A DNA stretch of 64,000 nt from Minisyncoccia bacterium (GTDB taxonomy: Bacteria > Patescibacteriota > Minisyncoccia > Phycocordibacterales > UBA9973), in assembly GCA_038249055.1 (NCBI GenBank), contig JBBRWS010000001.1:14244-78243 (forward strand). Reading direction: 5' to 3'. A program made the translations under genes and the position numbers. Below the pieces are notes generated by a model. That model did not search any database, was not told the DNA's origin, and saw nothing but the letters and a program-made list of their open reading frames with translations. This document shows, one piece after another, positions 57,055 to 64,000 of this stretch. Each line of letters starts with the position of its first letter. Within the stretch, counting starts at the first letter, position 1.

Positions 57055-57612
57055 ATGGATGAAGATATTAAATTAATTAATTTATATATTTCAGGTGATG
57101 ATAAAGTTTTAAAACAAATCATAGAAAAGTATACTCCGCAAATTTATAACTTTGTTCGACGTTTTGTTGGAAGTGATGAATCAAACGATGTTACTCAAGA
57201 AATTTTTATTAAAATCTGGAAAAATCTTAAAAAGTTTAATAAAGATAAATCAAGTTTTAAAACTTGGATTTTTGTTATTGCTCGAAATACAGTTATTGAT
57301 TTTAATCGAAAAAGGAAGGTCGTTGTATTTTCTAGTTTAGATGATGAAGAAAATAATTTTGAAGAAAATATAAAAGATGAAATAATTTTACCTGATGAAG
57401 CATTACAAAAATTACAAGATTCTGATTTTTTAAATTCATTATTAGAAAAACTACCAGAACAATATAAAACGGTTTTGATTCTTTACTATCAAGAAGAAAT
57501 GACTTTTAATGAAATATCTCAAGTTTTAAAAAAACCATTAAATACAATCAAAAGTCATCATTTTCGTGCTATCTCTCAATTAAGGAAGATAATTGCACCA
57601 AATGTTGATTGA
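57055..57612 (+). CDS. ECF (sigma-70 family) RNA polymerase sigma factor
   Basis: DVTQEIFIKIW, FKTWIFVIARN, EISQVLKKPLNTIKS...RA. Confidence 0.95.
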   Translation: MDEDIKLINLYISGDDKVLKQIIEKYTPQIYNFVRRFVGSDESNDVTQEIFIKIWKNLKKFNKDKSSFKTWIFVIARNTVIDFNRKRKVVVFSSLDDEENNFEENIKDEIILPDEALQKLQDSDFLNSLLEKLPEQYKTVLILYYQEEMTFNEISQVLKKPLNTIKSHHFRAISQLRKIIAPNVD

Positions 57613-57620
57613 CCTTCGTA
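57594..57620 (+). promoter_or_regulatory. Putative ECF-type promoter at the 3' end of the sigma gene
   Basis: TGCACC-N17-CGTA, resembling the SigW-type TGAAAC-N16-CGTA, about 10 nt before GTG 57630. Confidence 0.55.
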
Positions 57621-57629
57621 TATATAAGT

Positions 57630-58031
57630 GTGGATAATAATCTTAATAATATATTTAAAAAAGCTATATATATACCCGAAAATAGACTTTCGAATGATAT
57701 TTTACTTGCAATTTCTGATAAGGACAGAAAAAATGCCCATATTAAACTCTGGGTAAATTCTACTATTGGAGTCTTTTCTTTTGTGGGATTTTTTCCAGCA
57801 TTTAAATTACTTTTGTCAGATTTTGCTCAATCTGGGTTTTATCAGTATTTATCATTAGTATTTTCTGATGGCCATATTACTTCATATTGGAAAGAAATTA
57901 TCTTGTCTATAACAGAATCTATACCAATGATTAGTTTAACTTTATCTCTAGCTTTGGTTTTTATTTTTATATTATCATTACGTTTTATAGCACGGAATAT
58001 TCGAGTTCGTCCTAGTTTATTAGCAGTATAA
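57630..58031 (+). CDS. Putative membrane anti-sigma factor
   Basis: Directly follows the ECF sigma. Short cytoplasmic N-terminus and two TM segments. GTG start proposed. Confidence 0.6.
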   Translation: MDNNLNNIFKKAIYIPENRLSNDILLAISDKDRKNAHIKLWVNSTIGVFSFVGFFPAFKLLLSDFAQSGFYQYLSLVFSDGHITSYWKEIILSITESIPMISLTLSLALVFIFILSLRFIARNIRVRPSLLAV

Positions 58032-58041
58032 TTTATTATTT

Positions 58042-58575
58042 ATGAAAGAAATAAAAGAAAGTATTAAGAAAGTTTTTGAATCAAAAAAAGTTTTAGTTAT
58101 TGCATCAATCTTTGGGGTGTTGTTTATAATTTCACTTATTTTTCAGGCTGGAGTTTCTGTGGGTTTCCACAAGGCTTCATTTGGGCGTGATTGGGGTGAA
58201 AATTATGGACGCAATTTTGGAATGATGAGAGGTGGTGATAAAGGTTTTCCAATTGGAGGAATGATGAATCAAGGAAATTTTCCTAATGCACATGGAACTG
58301 TGGGTAAAATTATTAAAAATGAGTTACCTATAATTGTAGTACAAGACAAAGATGGTACAGAAAAATTTATTCTTATTAATGATGACACAAGTATTCGTTC
58401 TGAGAAAGAGAATATAAATGGAAGTGATTTAAAAGTAGATGATTTTATTGTGGTGATTGGTTCTCCAAATGAGGAAGGTCAAATAGTAGCAAAACTTGTC
58501 AGGCTTATGCCTTTTGGCATGCCACAAGGACCACTACCATCTCTAGATCAATCATTAATAAAACCAATTCAATAA
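58042..58575 (+). CDS. Membrane-anchored DUF5666-like (OB-fold) protein
   Basis: TM segment, then G.I.K...I.V, DLKVDD.IVVIG.PN..G.I.A. Confidence 0.65.
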   Translation: MKEIKESIKKVFESKKVLVIASIFGVLFIISLIFQAGVSVGFHKASFGRDWGENYGRNFGMMRGGDKGFPIGGMMNQGNFPNAHGTVGKIIKNELPIIVVQDKDGTEKFILINDDTSIRSEKENINGSDLKVDDFIVVIGSPNEEGQIVAKLVRLMPFGMPQGPLPSLDQSLIKPIQ

Positions 58576-58576
58576 T

Positions 58577-60250
58577 ATGGAAAATTCTAAGTTAACAAAA
58601 TTTCAAAATATTAAAAATTATATTTATTCTCACAAAACTATTAGTGTAGTTGTTTTAATGGCTGTAATTATCCTAGGATACTTTGGTGATAAATTAATTT
58701 TTAAAGCAACAGCAGAAACAAGCTATGTTACTTCTACTGTTGTCAAAGGCTCTGTTTTTGTTTCTGTCGCTGGTAGTGGTCAAGTTGAATCTTCAAGTTC
58801 TATTGATTTGAAGGCAAAGACATCAAGTTACATTACTTATGTAAGTGTGAAGGCAGGTGATGTTGTAAGAAAAGGTAAATTACTTTTTTCTCTTGATTCT
58901 AAGGATGCAGAGAGGTCTGTTCGTGACGCAGAGTTAAGTTTAGCCAGTTCAAAATTATCACTAGAAAAACTTGAAAATCAAAACTCAGAGGAAAATATAA
59001 GTGCAGACTTAAATAAGGCGTATGAAGACGGTTTTAATGATGTTTCAAATGCTTTTCTTGATTTACCGACGGTTTTGACTGGATTAGAGAGTATTTTAGT
59101 AGAACAAAATTTATCTGATAATTCAGCTAGAATGGTTAGTAAGACAGCTCGAGATTATAGAAACAAAGCTGAAGAATTATATTATAAAGCTAATAATTCT
59201 TTTTTTATAAATCAAAAAAATTATAGATTATTAACTCGTGATGGAGAAGTAGAAAAAATAGAAGAAATTATAAACGAAACCTACGAAACAACTAAGTTGA
59301 TTTCAGATGCGGTAAAGAGTTATAGAAATTTCGTAGATTATATGGCAGATGAAACTGATAGACCATCTGATTATACTTCTTATCAGAATACTTTAGGAAA
59401 TTATACCAGTACAATAAATAGTCATTTATCAAATCTTCTTTCAACCAGAACTAATATAGAAGATTATAAAGACAATTCAACTAATGGTGGATTAGATATA
59501 GAGAGTTCTATTCTTGGAGTTAAACAAAAAGAAAATTCTTTACAGGATGCAAAAGATGCATTAGCTGATTACTATGTCTATGCACCATTTGATGGAACTA
59601 TTTCTTCAGTCACAGCAAAAGTAGGAGATATAGCTTCTGGAACACTTGCTACAATTATTACTAAACAAAAAATAGCGACCATATCACTCAATGAAGTTGA
59701 TATTGCTAAAATAAAATTAGGACAAAAAGCCACTCTTACATTTGATGCTATTGATACTCTGAGCATTACTGGTGAAGTTTCTGAGATTGATTCCATTGGT
59801 GCTGTTTCTCAGGGAGTTGTTTCTTATAACGTAAAAATTAGTTTTGATGTATCAGATGATAGAGTTAAACCAGGAATGAGTGTTTCTGCATCAATTATCA
59901 CCGATATAGTGCAAGATGTGCTTATTATTCCAAATAATGCTGTTAAAAATCAAAATGGAGTAAATTTTGTTCAAACATTTGATACTCCGCTCGTGTCTTC
60001 CTCAATTAGTTTACAAGGTGCCCCTTCGACAATTCCTCCTAAACAGACAGAGGTTGTAATTGGTTTGGTTGATGATACAAATACAGAAATTATTTTAGGA
60101 TTAAAAGAAGGGGATATTATAGTTACTAAAACCATAGCCGGGTCTAATACTACAGTGAAGTCAACAGCCCCAAGTCTAATGAGTGCTGTTGGTGGAAATA
60201 AAACTACTGGTGGTACTGGTGGAGCAAGGATGGGTATTCCACACGATTAA
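58577..60250 (+). CDS. MacA/HlyD-type membrane fusion (adaptor) protein
   Basis: VKAGDVV.KG, long helical hairpin, APFDG, PGMS, GLKEGD. Confidence 0.9.
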   Translation: MENSKLTKFQNIKNYIYSHKTISVVVLMAVIILGYFGDKLIFKATAETSYVTSTVVKGSVFVSVAGSGQVESSSSIDLKAKTSSYITYVSVKAGDVVRKGKLLFSLDSKDAERSVRDAELSLASSKLSLEKLENQNSEENISADLNKAYEDGFNDVSNAFLDLPTVLTGLESILVEQNLSDNSARMVSKTARDYRNKAEELYYKANNSFFINQKNYRLLTRDGEVEKIEEIINETYETTKLISDAVKSYRNFVDYMADETDRPSDYTSYQNTLGNYTSTINSHLSNLLSTRTNIEDYKDNSTNGGLDIESSILGVKQKENSLQDAKDALADYYVYAPFDGTISSVTAKVGDIASGTLATIITKQKIATISLNEVDIAKIKLGQKATLTFDAIDTLSITGEVSEIDSIGAVSQGVVSYNVKISFDVSDDRVKPGMSVSASIITDIVQDVLIIPNNAVKNQNGVNFVQTFDTPLVSSSISLQGAPSTIPPKQTEVVIGLVDDTNTEIILGLKEGDIIVTKTIAGSNTTVKSTAPSLMSAVGGNKTTGGTGGARMGIPHD

Positions 60251-60251
60251 A

Positions 60252-60959
60252 ATGATTGAAATAAAAAATATTACAAAAATATATGACACTGGAGGAGAGC
60301 CACTTAGTGCTTTGGGTGGTGTAAGTTTTACCATTAACGATGGCGAGTTTGTTGCCATAATGGGACCGTCTGGTTCTGGTAAGTCTACGCTTATGCATAT
60401 ACTAGGAGCCCTGGATAATCCTACCTCTGGAACATATCTTCTTGATGGAAAAGATGTTTCTAAACTTTCAGATGATAAATTGGCTGATATTCGAAAAAAC
60501 AAAATTGGTTTCGTTTTTCAATCTTTTAATTTACTTCCAAGAACAACTGTTATTCGTAACGTTGCATTACCACTTATATATGATGGTGTAGGAGAAAAAG
60601 AAAGAGTTGAAAGAGCCAAAGCATCTTTATTTGCTAGTGGTCTTGATGAAAAACATTTCTCACATTTATCAAATCAACTTTCGGGTGGACAAATTCAGAG
60701 AGTTGCTATTGCTCGAGCATTAGTAAATAATCCAACTCTTATTCTTGCCGATGAACCTACTGGAAATCTTGATACAAAAACTGGAGATATTGTTTTAGGA
60801 ACTTTCCAGAAATTAAATAAAGAACAAGGTCATACAATTGTTTTAATTACTCATGAACATGAAGTAGCTGAACATGCAGATAGAATTATTACTATTCGTG
60901 ATGGGCTGATAACTTCTGATAATGGCTTACATAAAAAAAGAATTATTAAAAATATATGA
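60252..60959 (+). CDS. MacB/LolD-type ABC ATP-binding protein (start reassigned to 60252)
   Basis: GPSGSGKST, GFVFQSFNL, LSGGQIQRVAIARAL, DEPTGNLD. Confidence 0.95.
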   Translation: MIEIKNITKIYDTGGEPLSALGGVSFTINDGEFVAIMGPSGSGKSTLMHILGALDNPTSGTYLLDGKDVSKLSDDKLADIRKNKIGFVFQSFNLLPRTTVIRNVALPLIYDGVGEKERVERAKASLFASGLDEKHFSHLSNQLSGGQIQRVAIARALVNNPTLILADEPTGNLDTKTGDIVLGTFQKLNKEQGHTIVLITHEHEVAEHADRIITIRDGLITSDNGLHKKRIIKNI

Positions 60960-62176
60960 AAACTCAGGATATTTTACAAGAAACATTTATTTCATTATCT
61001 AGCAACAAAGCTCGTTCAGGCTTAACTATGCTTGGTATAGTGATTGGTATCGCTTCAGTTATAGCCATGACGGCTATTGGAGCTGGAGCTCAAAAATCTA
61101 TTTCATCTTCAATACAATCAATGGGTGCAAATTTAATTGTTGTTTCTCCAGGTGCACCAAGAGGTGTTGGTCAGCAAGTAAATCAAGGACGTGGTTCTGC
61201 AAAAACATTAACCATGCAAGATGTTACAGCTATAACCAAACTTGATTATGTGAAAGCTGTGACGGCAGAAGTTTCAAGTCGTTATCAGGTGACAGCAAAA
61301 GGTACAAATACAAATACAACAGTTGATGGCGTGACTTCAAGCTATACAGATGTCCGTAATTTACAAATTGATCAAGGAAATTTTATTACCGATCAAAATA
61401 ATCAAAGTGGAGCAAAGGTTGCAGTTTTAGGTCCGACAGTTGTCACTGATCTTTTTCCTGACGGTACAGACCCTATGGGGCAAATAATTCGTATTAAAAA
61501 TACACAATTTAAAATAGTAGGAATAACAAAAGCAAAAGGTGGCTCAGGTTTTCAAAATCCAGATGATATGATTTACATTCCTCTCACAACTGCTCAACGT
61601 TATTTTTCCGGTGACCAGTATGTGAGTTCTATTAGCGTCTCAGCTGAAAATTCTGAATTAATGACAGAACTTCAAACAAATATTACTTCTACTCTTTTAT
61701 CAGAACATAACATTTCTGATCCAACTTTGGCTGATTTTAATACAATGAATCAAGCTGATATTATTGCTACCGCATCTTCTATTACAGGTACTCTTACTGC
61801 ATTACTTGCAGCTATAGCTGGTATCTCGCTTGTTGTTGGAGGAATTGGAATTATGAATATGATGCTTACAACTGTCACAGAACGAACTCGTGAGATTGGT
61901 TTAAGAAAAGCTATTGGTGCGAAAAGAAGAGATATAAATAGACAGTTTTTAATTGAAGCAATAATCTTAACATTCATTGGAGGTTTAATTGGAGTTATTC
62001 TTGGTTGGGGAATAGCATTTTTTATAAATTCTTTTGGAATACTTCAAGCAGTAGTTTCTATAAAATCAGTTCTGCTTGCTTTTGGAGTATCAGCTTTGAT
62101 TGGAATTGTTTTCGGATATTATCCAGCACAACGTGCCGCAAAACTTAACCCAATTGAGGCATTAAGATATGAGTAA
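60956..62176 (+). CDS. MacB/FtsX-type ABC permease
   Basis: RS.LTMLGIVIG, GGIGIMN.M..TVTERTREIG, PA.RAA.LNPIEALRYE. Confidence 0.95.
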   Translation: MKTQDILQETFISLSSNKARSGLTMLGIVIGIASVIAMTAIGAGAQKSISSSIQSMGANLIVVSPGAPRGVGQQVNQGRGSAKTLTMQDVTAITKLDYVKAVTAEVSSRYQVTAKGTNTNTTVDGVTSSYTDVRNLQIDQGNFITDQNNQSGAKVAVLGPTVVTDLFPDGTDPMGQIIRIKNTQFKIVGITKAKGGSGFQNPDDMIYIPLTTAQRYFSGDQYVSSISVSAENSELMTELQTNITSTLLSEHNISDPTLADFNTMNQADIIATASSITGTLTALLAAIAGISLVVGGIGIMNMMLTTVTERTREIGLRKAIGAKRRDINRQFLIEAIILTFIGGLIGVILGWGIAFFINSFGILQAVVSIKSVLLAFGVSALIGIVFGYYPAQRAAKLNPIEALRYE

Positions 62177-62226
62177 ATATAATTAAGAATTAAGAATTAT
62201 TAATAAAATAAAAATGAAACAAAAAG

Positions 62227-62649
62227 ATGAAAAATAAAAAAAATGTTTGGATTGTAGTAGTTTGTTTGGCGATAGCAGGGATTAGTTTTTATGGAGGTAT
62301 GATGTTTAGTAATTCTAAAAATCCTACCAGTCAGTTTGCAAATCGACAAGGGAATTTTCCTCAAAATGGAATAAATCAAAATATTGAAGGAAGGTCAAAT
62401 CAAGGAATGCGCACGGGAATGGGTGGTGGCTTTATTTCTGGAGAAGTTATTTCTATGGATGATAAAAGTATAATAGTGAAGCTTCGAGACGGTGGTTCAA
62501 AAATTATCTTTTTCTCACCTGTAACAAAAATTGAAAAAACTGTTGAAGGTTTAATTTCAGATGTTGTTGTTGGTGAGAATATTATGACCAATGGCACACC
62601 TAATCCTGACGGGAGTATTAATGCTATATCAATACAGATAAGAGATTAA
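62227..62649 (+). CDS. Membrane-anchored DUF5666-like protein
   Basis: FYGGM TM segment, GEVIS.D, DGGSKII, G..N.DGSI.A..IQ. Confidence 0.7.
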   Translation: MKNKKNVWIVVVCLAIAGISFYGGMMFSNSKNPTSQFANRQGNFPQNGINQNIEGRSNQGMRTGMGGGFISGEVISMDDKSIIVKLRDGGSKIIFFSPVTKIEKTVEGLISDVVVGENIMTNGTPNPDGSINAISIQIRD

Positions 62650-62769
62650 ATTATCAAATAAATAAGTAAAAAACGTGGTGAACCACGTGGATAAGTTTTT
62701 AGAATTAAACTATATAGGATATAGGGGATATAAATATTTATAATTAAAATGCTAAAATGTAATTATATT

Positions 62770-63096
62770 ATGACAACCTTAACGTTAAATATAATAGAAC
62801 CATATGTATCTTTTATATTAAGTGGCCGAAAGATTATTGAAGGTCGTTTGAATAAGGATAAATTTAAAGATTTAAAAATAGGAGATATTTTACTTATTGG
62901 TCCTGAAAGAAAAAAATTTAATATAGAAAGAATAAGTATATATGAGAGTTTTAAAGATATGCTAAGCAAAGAGGGTGTTAATAATGTAGTTCCAAATAAA
63001 AATACAGTAGAAGAAGCGGTAAAAGTTTATTATAATTTCTACACCAAGGAGCAAGAAAAAGAATTTGGAGTTCTTGCTATTAAAATTAAAGAATAA
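62770..63096 (+). CDS. ASCH/PUA-like domain protein
   Basis: I.SG.K.IEGR...K.GD, Y.SF..ML, GVLAI. Confidence 0.88.
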   Translation: MTTLTLNIIEPYVSFILSGRKIIEGRLNKDKFKDLKIGDILLIGPERKKFNIERISIYESFKDMLSKEGVNNVVPNKNTVEEAVKVYYNFYTKEQEKEFGVLAIKIKE

Positions 63097-63100
63097 ATAT

Positions 63101-63499
63101 ATGTCTTGTATATTTTGTAAAATAATAAAAAATGAAATACCAGCATATAAAGTCTGGGAAAATAATAATTTTCTAGTGTTTTTGGATGTAAATCCAATAA
63201 ACCCTGGTCATATTCTTTTAATACCCAAAAAACATTTTGAAGAAGTTTTTGATTTAGATGATGATTTGTATGATGAAGTATTTCAAATAATTAAAAAAAT
63301 ATCAAAACCATTAAGAAATATAACAAATGCTAAAAAAGTAGGTGTTGCAATAGAAGGATTGGGTGTATCTCATTGTCATATACATATTGTTCCTATACAT
63401 AATGGTAATGAATTAAATCCAGAAAGAGCAAAGAAGGCAACTGAAGAAGAACTTAAAGAAATGCAAACTAAATTAGTAGAGTGTTTTAAAAATATATGA
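63101..63499 (+). CDS. HIT family hydrolase
   Basis: CIFCKI, P..PGH.L.IPKKH, HCHIHIVP. Confidence 0.93.
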   Translation: MSCIFCKIIKNEIPAYKVWENNNFLVFLDVNPINPGHILLIPKKHFEEVFDLDDDLYDEVFQIIKKISKPLRNITNAKKVGVAIEGLGVSHCHIHIVPIHNGNELNPERAKKATEEELKEMQTKLVECFKNI

Positions 63500-63975
63500 T
63501 CATATTTCTTAACGGCTCAATAAATTCAGGTAAATCAACAGTTGCTAACATATTAGCTGAAAAGATTTCTAATATCGCGTTATTGGAAATAGATACACTT
63601 AGACAAATGATAAATTGGATGCCTATCAATCAGGCTGTTCCTATAAATTTAGAGAATGCAGTTTCCTTAATTAAAAATTTTTCAAACAAAGGATTGAATG
63701 TAATAGTTCCGTATCCACTTTCCGAAAAGAATCATGATTTTATTATGAATGAATTAAAAGATATTGATACTAAAATATTTGTATTTACTCTTTCTCCTAA
63801 ATTAGAAAAAGTACTGACTAATAGAGGGAGTAGGGAATTAGATAGTTGGGAAATAGAAAGAATTAAATATCATTATGATGTTGGTATACATAATCCGAAA
63901 TTTGGAGAAATAATAGATAACGGAGACCAGAATCCAGAAGAAACCGCAAATTATATTTTGAGTAAAATATCTTAA
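63496..63975 (+). CDS. P-loop kinase (AAA_33/shikimate kinase-like)
   Basis: IIFLNGSINSGKSTVA. Confidence 0.75.
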   Translation: MIIFLNGSINSGKSTVANILAEKISNIALLEIDTLRQMINWMPINQAVPINLENAVSLIKNFSNKGLNVIVPYPLSEKNHDFIMNELKDIDTKIFVFTLSPKLEKVLTNRGSRELDSWEIERIKYHYDVGIHNPKFGEIIDNGDQNPEETANYILSKIS

Positions 63976-64000
63976 TTAAATATGTGGTCCTACAGCTATT

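Noticed and set aside
57629-57637. DnaA box TGTGGATAA (and near-match at about 62687) as replication origin
   Set aside because: Isolated boxes, one coinciding with a GTG-GAT-AA start. No cluster, unwinding element or dnaA/dnaN nearby.

Overview
AT-rich chromosomal segment, most likely from a Patescibacteria/CPR (Parcubacteria-like) bacterium. That assignment is inferred from gene content and style: DUF5671- and DUF5666-like proteins, a NUDIX-inserted LeuRS, a short ValRS, and extended -10 boxes placed directly before start codons. Housekeeping genes (ychF end, tsaC, leuS, murJ, lepA, valS, tsaD, murE/D/C/F, PBP2, greA, lysS, mraZ-rsmH-ftsL-ftsI) and three tRNAs (Gly-CCC, Arg-CCT, Phe-GAA) alternate with accessory genes: small hydrolases and kinases, an ABC exporter, a redox cluster, two output-less PAS proteins, argGH, PIN-PhoH and an ECF sigma/MacAB-type operon. 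No transposase, integrase, CRISPR array or rRNA was seen. The main non-obvious signals are: (1) a trp-style 1:2/2:3/3:4 attenuator with an unannotated Arg-Arg leader peptide upstream of argGH; (2) several small palindromic element families, two of which occur both intergenically and in-frame, with in-frame copies in leuS, valS, tsaD and murE; (3) ~105-120 bp inverted-repeat elements that always end exactly at a start codon; (4) tRNA 3'-end-derived structured repeats after tRNA-Gly and tRNA-Phe. All alignments and folds were done by eye; no database search or energy calculation was run.
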